Origin: Gemmatimonadaceae bacterium
GTDB taxonomy: Bacteria > Gemmatimonadota > Gemmatimonadetes > Gemmatimonadales > Gemmatimonadaceae
Assembly: GCA_044224875.1 (NCBI GenBank)
Contig: JBGAJQ010000001.1
Location: 192,001-256,000, forward strand
Direction: 5' to 3'
DNA length: 64,000 bases
Part shown: positions 1-10,079 of the stretch, piece by piece
Position numbering within the stretch: the first letter of the stretch is position 1
Layout of the letters: the number at the start of each line of letters is the position of its first letter
The notes under the pieces: generated by a model
Seen by the model: the letters and a program-made list of their open reading frames with translations, nothing else
What the model was told of the DNA's origin: nothing
Database searches by the model: none
Made by a program: the position numbers and the translations under genes

Positions 1-1
1 A

Positions 2-511
2 ATCTCACCCGAAAAGCGGGTGGACCGCGCCATAGAAATCGCGCGTCAGAGCGGAGTGCCGCTGCGTATCGCCGCCAAGGTGGATCGGGTCGATCGAGAG
101 TACTTCGAGAGGCAAATCGCTCCGATGATCGACGGAGAGTTCATTCAGTACATTGGAGAGATCGACGATGGCGCCAAGGGACACTTCCTCCGTCACGCGC
201 TCGCCCTCCTCTTTCCCATCGATTGGCCAGAGCCATTCGGGCTCGCCATGATCGAGTCGATGGCAACGGGCACGCCGGTGCTTGCGTTTCCAAGCGGTTC
301 CGTGCGCGAGGTCATCGACGAGGGCATCACGGGCCATATCGTGGAGAGTGTGGAGGAAGCCGTGGCACGGATACCTGGCCTCTGCACGTGGGACCGCCAA
401 CGGTGCCGCGCGCAGTTCGAGCGTCGCTTCACGGCCGAACGCATGGCGAGAGACTATGTCAACGTCTATCGACACGTGATCGCCGAAAAGGCGAGGCGGA
501 GATGCGCGTGA
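2..511 (+). CDS. Glycosyltransferase family 4 (GT-B), 5'-truncated by window edge
   Basis: Frame is open from base 2 (ISPEKRVDRAIEIA); GT4 motif FPIDWPEPFGLAMIESMATGTPV. Confidence 0.9.
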   Translation: MSPEKRVDRAIEIARQSGVPLRIAAKVDRVDREYFERQIAPMIDGEFIQYIGEIDDGAKGHFLRHALALLFPIDWPEPFGLAMIESMATGTPVLAFPSGSVREVIDEGITGHIVESVEEAVARIPGLCTWDRQRCRAQFERRFTAERMARDYVNVYRHVIAEKARRRCA

Positions 512-2673
512 GCAAACCCACGCGCGACAAGTACTACATCGCCGCGGGGAGCATGCCGACGCGCGTATCGCCACGCGTGTTGGTGCTCAAACAGGGAGAA
601 CTGTGCGGCTTGTACAACGACCTCGGCGACATCGATCCAGCGGGCCAGTCGCACGAAGGGCTCTTCTATGCGGGCACACGCTTTCTCTCGCAATTCACGC
701 TTGGACTGGACGGCCATCGGCCGATGTACCTCAGTTCAACGGTCCGTCGCGACAACCTCCTCATTGCCACCGACCTCACGAATCCCGACTTCGGCGCCAG
801 CGGAGACCTGGCACTTCCGCGCGGCACGTTGCACCTCAAGCGCACCAGGTTCCTTTGGGGGAACGCTTCCTATGAGGTGGTGCGCATCCGGAACTTTGCA
901 CTGTCCGCCGTCTCGATTGAACTGACGGCACGTTTCGCCGCGGACTACGCGGACATCTTCGAAGTGCGCGGTCTTCAGCGAAAGGCACGCGGCCGCCTCT
1001 TGGCGCCGCAGGTTCAGGGCGGTCGCGTCACGTTTGGCTACGAGGGCCTGGACGGCATCCTGCGTCGCACGACCGTGGAAGCGACCCCGGCGCCGGACGT
1101 CAACGAGGGCGACGTCATGCGCTTCCTTCTTCACCTGGAGAGTCGTTCCGAACGGACGGTGGTGTTCGTGGTCGCCTGTCATAACGGGTCCACCCTCGCG
1201 CACGTTGTCACAGCGGAGGCAGCACGGCATGATGCCGAGGCGGCCAGGACGTCTCCCATGGAGCTGGGATGCCGCATCCAGACGTCGAACGGCGAGTTCA
1301 ACGCGTGGCTGAATGCCGCAGCGTCGGACCTGGCGATGATGATGACCGAGACTCCACATGGGTTGTATCCGTACGCTGGCGTGCCATGGTTCGATACCAC
1401 ATTCGGGCGTGACGGCATCATCACAGCCCTTGAAACACTGTGGATGTGGCCAGGCGTCGCACGCGGCGTCCTTACCTTCTTGGCAAGTACACAAGCGACA
1501 GCCCTCGATGCGACGAGGGACGCCGAGCCAGGCAAGATCCTGCACGAGGCACGGCAGGGGGAAATGGCACTGTTGAACGAGGTGCCATTCCACCGGTACT
1601 ACGGGAGTGTGGATGCAACGCCGCTGTTTGTCGTGTTGGCGGGCGCCTACTATCGCCGCACGGCAGATCTCGAACTGATCCGCCGCATCTGGCCACACAT
1701 TCAGCTCGCGCTGACTTGGATCGATGAGTACGGCGACGTCGATCGGGACGGGTTTGTCGAGTACCACCGCCGTTCATCCACCGGGCTGATTCAACAGGGA
1801 TGGAAAGACTCGCATGACTCGATCTTTCATGCAGACGGGAAGCTCGCGTCGGGCCCCATCGCGCTATGCGAAGTGCAGGCGTATGTCTTCGCGGCACGAT
1901 TGGCGGCCGCCGACCTTGCCTCCGCGTTAGGTGACGCCGCACTGGCCTCCCGCCTCATGCAACAGGCTGAGCAACTGCAGGCGCAGTTCGTCACGCAGTT
2001 TTGGGATGAACGATTGCAGGGGTATGCCCTGGCACTCGATGCCAGCAAGTCCCCATGCCTCGTGCGCGCCAGCAATCCGGGTCACTGCCTGTACATGGGC
2101 ATCGCCACCGAGGAACATGCTCGCGCCTTGATCGATGGTTTTGTGGAACCGTCGTTCTTCTCGGGCTGGGGAGTGCGCACGGTGTCTGACGATGTCGCCC
2201 GCTACAATCCCATGTCCTATCACAACGGGTCTGTGTGGCCACACGACAATGCGATCATCGCCGCTGGTGCGTCACGCTACCAGGCCAAGGCGCTCACGAT
2301 CAAGATCCTCAATGGGCACTTTGACGCGTCCACCTACTTCGAATTCCACCGTCTCCCTGAACTATTCTGCGGATTTCCGCGTCGGTCAGGAGAGGCGCCA
2401 ACGGAGTATCCCGTGGCCTGTTCGCCGCAATCGTGGGCGGCCGCCGCACCGTTTCTCATGATGCAAGCGTCGTTAGGGCTCTCGATTGACGCCCACAAAC
2501 GGCAGGTGGTACTCGCGCATCCGGCCCTTCCCGATGCGGTCGATCAGGTTTGGATCAGGAACCTGCGAGTTGGCGATGGCGAGGTAGGCCTGACGATTCA
2601 GCGTACCGCTGGCACGGTGAGCGCCGCTGTGTCCGACCGAACCGGAAGAGTGGATGTGGTCGTCCACAGCTGA
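502..2673 (+). CDS. Amylo-alpha-1,6-glucosidase / glycogen debranching enzyme family
   Basis: Motifs AGVPWFDTTFGRDGII, DAEPGKILHE, YYGSVDATPLF, QGWKDS, YHNGSVWPHDN. Start trimmed from ORF 223 to ATG 502; GTG 508 overlapping the GT4 stop is also possible. Confidence 0.9.
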   Translation: MRVSKPTRDKYYIAAGSMPTRVSPRVLVLKQGELCGLYNDLGDIDPAGQSHEGLFYAGTRFLSQFTLGLDGHRPMYLSSTVRRDNLLIATDLTNPDFGASGDLALPRGTLHLKRTRFLWGNASYEVVRIRNFALSAVSIELTARFAADYADIFEVRGLQRKARGRLLAPQVQGGRVTFGYEGLDGILRRTTVEATPAPDVNEGDVMRFLLHLESRSERTVVFVVACHNGSTLAHVVTAEAARHDAEAARTSPMELGCRIQTSNGEFNAWLNAAASDLAMMMTETPHGLYPYAGVPWFDTTFGRDGIITALETLWMWPGVARGVLTFLASTQATALDATRDAEPGKILHEARQGEMALLNEVPFHRYYGSVDATPLFVVLAGAYYRRTADLELIRRIWPHIQLALTWIDEYGDVDRDGFVEYHRRSSTGLIQQGWKDSHDSIFHADGKLASGPIALCEVQAYVFAARLAAADLASALGDAALASRLMQQAEQLQAQFVTQFWDERLQGYALALDASKSPCLVRASNPGHCLYMGIATEEHARALIDGFVEPSFFSGWGVRTVSDDVARYNPMSYHNGSVWPHDNAIIAAGASRYQAKALTIKILNGHFDASTYFEFHRLPELFCGFPRRSGEAPTEYPVACSPQSWAAAAPFLMMQASLGLSIDAHKRQVVLAHPALPDAVDQVWIRNLRVGDGEVGLTIQRTAGTVSAAVSDRTGRVDVVVHS

Positions 2674-2679
2674 CCCACG

Positions 2680-5600
2680 TCAGTCGTCGTAGCGGGCCAG
2701 CAGGCCCGCCAGTTCATCCATGCCAACAGGCTTCACGAGGTGTGCATTGAACCCCGCCGCCTCAGAGCGCCGTCGATCGTCGGCTTGCCCATAACCCGTC
2801 ACCGCTACGATGGAGGCGTCGGTCAGTCCCCCACTTCGCATGGCGCGGCAGGCCTGATACCCATCCAGCTTCGGCAGCCCGATGTCCAGGAGTACAACGG
2901 TCGGTCGCTCCTGCAAGGCAAGGCGAACCGCCTCATGGCCGTCGTGTGCGGTCATGACATCGTGTCCCATCAGCCGCAACAACAGAGCCGTGCTCTCCGC
3001 AGAGTCTCGATTGTCGTCGACGATCAGGATCCTCTGGCGTGGGCGCGCTTGAGCCGGGTTGGCGGCGTTTGGGGCCTCCGGCGGACGAGGCGAAACGCAG
3101 GGAAGGTGGACCACAAACTCGCTTCCCTGACCAAGACCGGCGCTGTGGACTTCCACGGAACCACCGTGCATCTCCGTCAGGCTCTTGACGAGCGAAAGGC
3201 CAATGCCCAGTCCACCCTCCGCCCGGTCAATATTCGGCTCTGCCTGATAAAACAGGTCAAACACTCCGGCCAGTGTGAGCTCGTCGATACCGCGGCCCTC
3301 ATCACGTACTCGTACGGTGGCTTGATCCGGAGTTGATTCAGCGTTCGCCAGGCTCAACCAGATCTGCTTGCCGTGGCCAGAATACTTGGCGGCATTGTCG
3401 AGCAGGTTGCTCACGACCTGGGTCAGTCGAGTCAGGTCACCGACGACGGTGATCTCGTGGTCAGGCATGGACACCAGCAACTGATGGTGTCTCTCGTCGA
3501 GTTGCGGCCGTGTGGCCTCTTCAGCCTGGCGGAGTACCGATCGCAAATCGACGGCCGCGCGTTGGAGCTCGATCTTGCCTCGTGAGACGCGAGCGACGTC
3601 CAGAAGGTCCTCCACCAAACGCACCATGTGACTGACCTGACGGTCGAGCAGGTCGCAGACTGGACCGATGGTGGAAGGATCGGTGGGCGCCATTCGCAGG
3701 ATCTGAACGGCGTTTCGAATGGGGGCGAGCGGGTTGCGCAGTTCGTGGCCGAGCATCGCGAGGTAGTCGTCTTTTCGACGGTCCGCCTCGCGCAGTGCGT
3801 CGGCCAAGGTGCGCTGTTCGGTGACGTCCGTGTTCGTTCCGAACCATCGCACGATCCGATTCCTGTCGTCACGAACCGGCAGTGCACGTGACAGAAACCA
3901 GCGATACGTGCCGTCCTTCCCTCGCAACGGGAAGGTGTCATCCCACGGGTCGCCGGTGTCCCAGGAGTCCTGGATGCGTCGGACGACGCGTTCAACGTGA
4001 TCCGGGTGTGACAACTCGCGCCAACCCCACGCTGGTACCGCGTCGCTCTGTATCCCCGTGTACTCGAGCCAGCGCTTGTTGTACCAGAAGATCCGCCCCT
4101 GGCCATCTGCCCTCCAGGCCAACGGTGCGATGTTATCGGCGAGAAGGCGAAACCGCTCCTCGCTCTCACGGAGGGCGTATTCGACCTGTTTGCGCGACGT
4201 GATGTCTTGTATGATGGCGGTGGCGCGACGTGGTGTGCTCGACCCATCGTCAATGACGTTGACCGTCACGTGCACCCAGATCACGCTGCCGTCCTTGCGC
4301 ACGTATCGCCGCTCGACTTCGTAGCTGTCGCCCACGCCTGCGGCAAGGAGCGCGATCGCTTCTCGTACCTTGCCCTTCTCCTCGGGGTGCGCGAGAGCAG
4401 AGGCATCCAAACCGAGTAACTCCGACTCCTGGTACCCCATGATCGCGCACATCGCGGCGTTCACGCGGATGAACCGCCCCGTGGGTAAGTCGACCTGCAC
4501 CTTGCCGATGGAGCTGACACTGAACATGGCGCGAAACGTCGCCTCGCGCTCCTTCAGCTGCTCCTCCACCTCCCGGCGCTGCGTAATGTCCAGCACGACA
4601 CCGACGATTCGGATCGCCCGCCTCGGTTGGTGGTTTTCGTCAAACAACGTGCGGCCTCTCAGGTGCAACCATCTGACCGCGCCATTGTCCGGGCGCACGA
4701 TACGATACTCGTCGGCGAACTCGCCGATCCCGTCGGGGTCGAGGGCCTGGCGGAGCGCGGTGGTAACGCGGTCACGATCGTCTGGGTAGGTCAAGGCACT
4801 GAGCGTCTCGAACGTGGGTTCGGCGTCGGGCGCCATGCCGCACAGCGTGCGCAGCTCCGGCGTACAGTACAGGGAGTTCGCCACCATGTCGTAGTCATAC
4901 AGCCCGAACCCGGCGGTACGGGCAGCCAGCCGGAATCGCTCCTCCGATGCACGAAGCCTCGCATCGGCACGTGTGTGCTCGAGAGCCGCCGCGATGCGAT
5001 CGGCGGTTTCGCGAACGATCGCCAGATCGGCACCAGTCCAGTGGCGAGCCGCACTCTGTGTGGCATCCACGACGGCTTGCAGACGACCGTTCTTCATCAG
5101 GGGCGTCGAGATGAACGCGCGCACGCCCCCCTTGAGGAATCGACGTTGCTCGTCTGGTGGAATCGTCGGGTGCAACTCCACGTCATTCACCACCACTGAT
5201 CGACCCGCCCGGAGCTCCCCCAAGAGGGATTGAACGTAGCCATGCAGCCGATATCGTCCGGCAATACTCGGCTGGTTACCCATGGCATAGTAGTTACCAG
5301 GGATGATCACGAAGTCATGGTTGGTGTCGAATTCGGCGTAGTAAGCGCGGTCGACATGCAGATGCTCGCCGAGCACACGCGTTGATGCGGCGAGCACATG
5401 CTCAGCGGTGGTAAGGCCGTTCATCTGGTCGAGCAAGCGCGCGCGGTACGCGTCGAATGCGGCAGCCTGCGACAGGCGCTCGGTCGCCTGCTTGCGCTGT
5501 GTGATATCGCGCAATGCCCCGACCACGCGAATGGCGCGGCGACTATCGCCCTCGCCCTTGTAGATCGTGCGGGCGGTATCCAGCAGCCATCTCACCTCTC

Positions 5601-5952
5601 CATCCTCGTGCACGACGCGAAACTCGCGGACGAGCCCCTGCGAGTCCGCGTACTCTGGCGTATACCAGGCATTGGCAAAGACGCGGATCCGGTCGTCTGA
5701 GTCGACCTTTGCCAGCAATGTCTCTTGGTCCACTGGCACGCCGGCCGGAACCCCGAGCAGGCGTTTGAGCTGCTCAGAGCATGTGAGGGTGTTGTTCAGC
5801 AGGTCAATATCATATACGCCGAACCCAGCCGCCTCGGCGGCCAGACGATAGCGCTCCGCAACACGCGTCGGCCCGTCTGCACCTTCAATCCGTTCGTCCT
5901 CGACCAGTGGCCACGCGTTCGCGGCGTGGTCTGGTGTGGGGGCCTTCTGCAT
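2680..5952 (-). CDS. Hybrid sensor histidine kinase (PAS-GAF-PAS-PAS-PAS-HisKA-HATPase-REC)
   Basis: H-box LAMLGHELRNPLAPI, N-box NLLDNAAKY, G-box GGLGIGL, C-terminal receiver ILIVDDN...VLLDIGLP; repeated PAS/PAC segments. Confidence 0.93.
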   Translation of the reverse strand: MQKAPTPDHAANAWPLVEDERIEGADGPTRVAERYRLAAEAAGFGVYDIDLLNNTLTCSEQLKRLLGVPAGVPVDQETLLAKVDSDDRIRVFANAWYTPEYADSQGLVREFRVVHEDGEVRWLLDTARTIYKGEGDSRRAIRVVGALRDITQRKQATERLSQAAAFDAYRARLLDQMNGLTTAEHVLAASTRVLGEHLHVDRAYYAEFDTNHDFVIIPGNYYAMGNQPSIAGRYRLHGYVQSLLGELRAGRSVVVNDVELHPTIPPDEQRRFLKGGVRAFISTPLMKNGRLQAVVDATQSAARHWTGADLAIVRETADRIAAALEHTRADARLRASEERFRLAARTAGFGLYDYDMVANSLYCTPELRTLCGMAPDAEPTFETLSALTYPDDRDRVTTALRQALDPDGIGEFADEYRIVRPDNGAVRWLHLRGRTLFDENHQPRRAIRIVGVVLDITQRREVEEQLKEREATFRAMFSVSSIGKVQVDLPTGRFIRVNAAMCAIMGYQESELLGLDASALAHPEEKGKVREAIALLAAGVGDSYEVERRYVRKDGSVIWVHVTVNVIDDGSSTPRRATAIIQDITSRKQVEYALRESEERFRLLADNIAPLAWRADGQGRIFWYNKRWLEYTGIQSDAVPAWGWRELSHPDHVERVVRRIQDSWDTGDPWDDTFPLRGKDGTYRWFLSRALPVRDDRNRIVRWFGTNTDVTEQRTLADALREADRRKDDYLAMLGHELRNPLAPIRNAVQILRMAPTDPSTIGPVCDLLDRQVSHMVRLVEDLLDVARVSRGKIELQRAAVDLRSVLRQAEEATRPQLDERHHQLLVSMPDHEITVVGDLTRLTQVVSNLLDNAAKYSGHGKQIWLSLANAESTPDQATVRVRDEGRGIDELTLAGVFDLFYQAEPNIDRAEGGLGIGLSLVKSLTEMHGGSVEVHSAGLGQGSEFVVHLPCVSPRPPEAPNAANPAQARPRQRILIVDDNRDSAESTALLLRLMGHDVMTAHDGHEAVRLALQERPTVVLLDIGLPKLDGYQACRAMRSGGLTDASIVAVTGYGQADDRRRSEAAGFNAHLVKPVGMDELAGLLARYDD

Positions 5953-6487
5953 CAGCCGGTGGGGTGGAGATGCAAGATCAACGAGGAGATAGCGTGCACG
6001 CCGGAGACGACAGTTCCTGTCCGGCGATTCGATTCCGACACAACTCGACGTGCGTGGTCGGTGGGACCACGCACGGCGATGTTGATGGTGCGCGTTTTCA
6101 TCGCATGGATGTGACGCCGGCAGGTTTCCCTATCCGCGGGCCTCATGGAAGCCGAGAGTATGAATACTCATGGCTGCTCCCGGGCTGGCACCACCATCGT
6201 CATGTGAGCAACAGGGGTGTGTTGCGTGGTCACAGGATAGAGTGAGTCCCATCCCGTGACATCCATCCCCCGAGTGAACTTTGTCTCTCTCAAAGGGAGT
6301 AGGTGCAGCGCACGCGCCGGTTCCGTCGGTGAGCCTACCCGACGATATGGGGCCGTCTGCCACTTTCGAGGAATCGCGCAGAAACACGCAACGGAGCATC
6401 CTGTTCGAACTGCCGTGAGAATGGCGTCTCCGGTTTGCCAGGCGCGATCGCGAAGGTGTTGCGCCTTGCGCCGTTTGCGGCGGTTGG

Positions 6488-7129
6488 ATGCATGAACCAC
6501 GTCAGCAGCCGAGGTCGAACTTCATGAACCAAATGACACATACGGTGATCGGCGCTTGCCTGACCGATGTCCTGTCTCTCGAACGGACATTCGAGGCGGC
6601 CTTGAGCAGACAAATCCACCAGCTGTTAGACGAGCCAGCCATTGCGAGGGAGCTTCGTCAGGTGCACGCGGTTTGTGACCGGCACATCGCGGCGTTGGAG
6701 CTGGTCGGCTACCGGCTCGACCATGAGCCGACCGAAGTCCCGTACCACCTCATGCGGGAAACCGCCTCCACGCCGCAAGACGTCGCCGCCGGGGGAACGA
6801 TCGCCCCGACCGAGCAGCTGACGCGGGATATCACCGATGACTGCGCTAATCTTGCCCGGGCGATGATTGGCTATGTCACACTTCACACCATGGGATTGGC
6901 ACTCGGTGAAGAAGCGGTTGCTGAGTTGGCGCGGCTGCACTTTCGCGAGTATACCCGCTGCACCATGACGCTTCACGGCATCGCACCGGCTGCGGTGATC
7001 CGGCACCTGGTCGAAGAGGGTCAGCCGGCCGACGCATCGGTGGTGCCAGACGTTGAGGAGAGCATTCTCGACGCGTGGCGCCCCACTCTCGAGCCGATGG
7101 CAGTCAGCGGACCCGGAAGAAAGCGGTAG
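6488..7129 (+). CDS. Ferritin-like / DUF892-like helical protein
   Basis: 213-aa helical ORF with AMIGYVTLHTMGLALGEEAVAELA, resembling DUF892/YciE-like bundles; start could be 6524. Confidence 0.5.
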   Translation: MHEPRQQPRSNFMNQMTHTVIGACLTDVLSLERTFEAALSRQIHQLLDEPAIARELRQVHAVCDRHIAALELVGYRLDHEPTEVPYHLMRETASTPQDVAAGGTIAPTEQLTRDITDDCANLARAMIGYVTLHTMGLALGEEAVAELARLHFREYTRCTMTLHGIAPAAVIRHLVEEGQPADASVVPDVEESILDAWRPTLEPMAVSGPGRKR

Positions 7130-7322
7130 CGCCTAACGCCGCTGGCTCTCCAGTGCTCGCTGGCATCCCCACTTGGTCTAGCGAAGACGATCGCTCGAAC
7201 GAGAGAGGCCAGAACCCACCGTGCGGCGAATGGTGCCCTTTCCGCCGCCCCGGCTATCATGACAAGGATCGCGCTCGGCGTATCACCGAGCGAGCTCTGT
7301 GAAACTCACTCCGGGAGCTGAC

Positions 7323-7475
7323 ATGCTGACCACCATTGCCGTCGTGCTCATCGTACTCTGGTTGCTTGGGATGGTATCGTCGTACACGATCGGCGGATTC
7401 ATCCACATTCTGCTCGTGGTGGCGATCATCGTCTTCCTGGTCCGCATCATTCAGGGCCGTCGACCCGTGGTTTGA
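7323..7475 (+). CDS. Small membrane protein, lmo0937/DUF5670 family (50 aa; absent from ORF track)
   Basis: Hand translation MLTTIAVVLIVLWLLGMVSSYTIGGFIHILLVVAIIVFLVRIIQGRRPVV; GGAG RBS just upstream. Confidence 0.88.
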   Translation: MLTTIAVVLIVLWLLGMVSSYTIGGFIHILLVVAIIVFLVRIIQGRRPVV

Positions 7476-7535
7476 CCCGTCGGGCGCGCGAATTCACACC
7501 AACACGCGCCATCCATTTCTTGAGGGAGCACTCAG

Positions 7536-7826
7536 ATGCTGCGTCATGACACCACCTCGCCACGCCAACGGGTAGCGGGTGCGTTGGAGCAAACGGCCGA
7601 GCGGCTCTCGGGTCGCGCCGACGCGATGAATGGCAAGTTATCGCGCGTCGCCGACAATGCCGCCAGTGCTATCGACTCGGCAGCAAAGTACCTGCGCACG
7701 TCAGATGCAACCGATATGGCGGCCGACTTGCGCCGGCTGGCAAAGCGCCACCCGGGCAAGGCCGTGATCGCGGCCATGGCGCTGGGATACGCGCTCGGTC
7801 GAAAGCGACCCAGTGGCCGACGATAG
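7536..7826 (+). CDS. Small tail-anchored protein, ElaB/YqjD-like
   Basis: GAGGGAG RBS; helical body ending in RHPGKAVIAAMALGYALGR plus a basic tail. Confidence 0.65.
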   Translation: MLRHDTTSPRQRVAGALEQTAERLSGRADAMNGKLSRVADNAASAIDSAAKYLRTSDATDMAADLRRLAKRHPGKAVIAAMALGYALGRKRPSGRR

Positions 7827-8366
7827 TCAGGCATCGGGAGCGGCATGCCGGTCGGCGTGTCGCTCCTCATCAACCCGCTGGAGTACCTGTTTGAGCTGCT
7901 CGAGATCCAACGGTTTCACCACGTGCAGGTCGAACCCCGTCGCCAGTGCCACTTCACGATCAGATTCGGTCGCCCGGCCACTCAGGGCGATGAAGGTGAC
8001 GTCCCGACGTTGGGGGAGTGACTTGGCCCGAGCGACGACATCCAACCCACTCATGCCCGGCATGGACAGGTCGAGAAACACCACGTCGGCGAGCTGCCTC
8101 TCCAGATGGGACAAGGCGGAAGCACCATCCGCTGCAGCCGCTACCTCGTGGCCCAGGAAGCGCAGGGATAGCGTCATGCTTTCGAGAATCCCTGCGTTAT
8201 CGTCGACAACGAGAATTCGAAACGAACGACCCACGCTCTCCCCTGCCTTCGTCTGCACCGATTGATGGGACGCCCAACTCAATGGCGAGCTGGGGCCGAG
8301 TGTCGTGCCACGGTGGGGCTCGGCTGCACGTCTGTCAAGTTCGCGCAGCCTCGCAGACTTGGACAA
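7827..8366 (-). CDS. Response regulator receiver protein
   Basis: ILVVDDN, VFLDLSMPGMSG, GFDLHVVKP. Confidence 0.85.
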   Translation of the reverse strand: MSKSARLRELDRRAAEPHRGTTLGPSSPLSWASHQSVQTKAGESVGRSFRILVVDDNAGILESMTLSLRFLGHEVAAAADGASALSHLERQLADVVFLDLSMPGMSGLDVVARAKSLPQRRDVTFIALSGRATESDREVALATGFDLHVVKPLDLEQLKQVLQRVDEERHADRHAAPDA

Positions 8367-8486
8367 GATTGTCTCAAGAGGGAGCCACGACGAGGTCTAC
8401 TCGTTCCCACATAACAGGGCAGTACGCCCTTCGCTCGAGAATGTGGCCGCTGCTGACCGTCGCAACACCCACTAACCCCGGCATCC

Positions 8487-8939
8487 ATGTTCCTTCAACC
8501 CGCGAACGACGAGTCAGCCGCGATCCCCGTAAATGCGTCAATCCACCGCGTGCTCTGTGTCGCCGACGACCCAGCGATCGTTGATGCGCTCGGTGGACAG
8601 CTCGAGCAGGAACCAGAATTCGAACGTCCTCATTGCATAGGCGATACGGACGAGGTGATGGTGGTCGCCAAGAGATTGAAGCCGTCGATCGTGCTCCTCG
8701 ACTTCGAGAGGGCGTCGGGGACGTCTGCCATGACAATCCTGAACGAAATGCGGCGCGATGTGCCGGACGCACGGGTCGTGGTGCTCGCGAGCGCACCCAC
8801 TGGCGAACTCGTGGCACGCAGTCTCAGTCATGGGGCCGCTGGCTTACTGATCAAGGGGCTCTCCCCTAGTCGCATCGTTCACGCGATGCGCCGCGTGCTC
8901 GGTGGCGAGGCAGTCATCCTTCTGGACTTGGAGGCTTAG
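8487..8939 (+). CDS. Stand-alone NarL-type receiver domain protein
   Basis: VLCVADD, IVLLD, GAAGLLIK; no output domain. Confidence 0.75.
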   Translation: MFLQPANDESAAIPVNASIHRVLCVADDPAIVDALGGQLEQEPEFERPHCIGDTDEVMVVAKRLKPSIVLLDFERASGTSAMTILNEMRRDVPDARVVVLASAPTGELVARSLSHGAAGLLIKGLSPSRIVHAMRRVLGGEAVILLDLEA

Positions 8940-8985
8940 GAACGCCGCGGCACGGACGTCATGTCGCGGCGACTCCTCGCCGCTG

Positions 8986-9657
8986 CTATAACGCCCTGAC
9001 CATGCCCCGACGTATTGCGACGGTGATCGCCTGTGTGCGATCGCGCACGCTGAGTTTCTGGAGAATGGCCTTCACGTGTGCCTTCACGGTGCCTTCGCTG
9101 ATGTTGAGCGTGTTGGCGATCTCCAGGTTCGACCTCCCTTGGGCAAGGCAATGCAACACCTCATCCTGCCGAGGGGTCAGCGCGTCAGATGCAACATGCT
9201 CGGCGAGCTTGGCCGCGATCTCCGGTGAAATGGCTCTGCGACCTCCGTGCACCGTGCGGATGGTTTCGACTAACTTCGCCGCGTCGATGTCCTTCAAGAG
9301 GTAACTCGCTGCGCCAGCCCGCAGTCCTCGGAAGACCTCCTCATCCGTATCGTACGTCGTCAGCAGCACCACACGAGCGGATCCATCGATGCCCCGGATT
9401 CCCTCTGTGATCGCAACGCCATCCATGGGAGTCATCCGCAGGTCCACGATCGAGACGTCCGGTCGCAACGCGTCGAATGCCTTTAGGGCTGACGCCCCGT
9501 CTCCCGCTTGCCCGACCACCTCCAGTCCGTGCCGTTCGAGCAATGTGGCCAAACCCTCGCGAAAGATCGTGTGATCGTCGACGACGAGAACACGAATCTG
9601 GCCCGGCACTCCCGGCCGAGGCTCAGGATCAGCGATGCGACTGGTTGTGCGCAGCAT
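8986..9657 (-). CDS. NarL/LuxR-family DNA-binding response regulator
   Basis: VLVVDDH receiver plus LTPRQDEVL...ISEGTVKAHVKAILQKL HTH; ATG 9657 has a GGAGG RBS. Confidence 0.92.
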   Translation of the reverse strand: MLRTTSRIADPEPRPGVPGQIRVLVVDDHTIFREGLATLLERHGLEVVGQAGDGASALKAFDALRPDVSIVDLRMTPMDGVAITEGIRGIDGSARVVLLTTYDTDEEVFRGLRAGAASYLLKDIDAAKLVETIRTVHGGRRAISPEIAAKLAEHVASDALTPRQDEVLHCLAQGRSNLEIANTLNISEGTVKAHVKAILQKLSVRDRTQAITVAIRRGMVRAL

Positions 9658-10079
9658 GAATGCGACCTCCACTGGCGTACACCTACCTGTCCCGCGGCGT
9701 GCTGGCGTTCCGGAAGCGCCTCTGTGTCGAAACTCAGTGTACTGCCCAAGCGCTAACGGACCAGACGCATTGGCAAACATAGATGTTGACAATGGGGCGT
9801 AGTCGCCATTGGCCGAAAGGAGTAGGTCGGCATCACTCGCCGAGTGTGCCGTGCGCCACCTCACCTGCGCGATGAAGGGGGCCGTGGGCATGTTCACCTT
9901 GGCTGTCTTCTTCTTTCCAGGCGTGACTGAGCCAAGGGCCCGATATAGGGAGCCGATCCAGCGAATCGGGTCTGTGGAACCTCGGCAGGGGCGCCATCGG
10001 GGTCATATGACGAGCGACGGAGCGTTGCTTCCTCCATCCGGGCGATGTCAAGCCGCGTGTCGGGCGATAGTGTCCGGTC

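Noticed and set aside
5952..6146. Small ORF coupled to the kinase start by TGATG
   Set aside because: No clear RBS or recognisable sequence; cannot be separated from chance.
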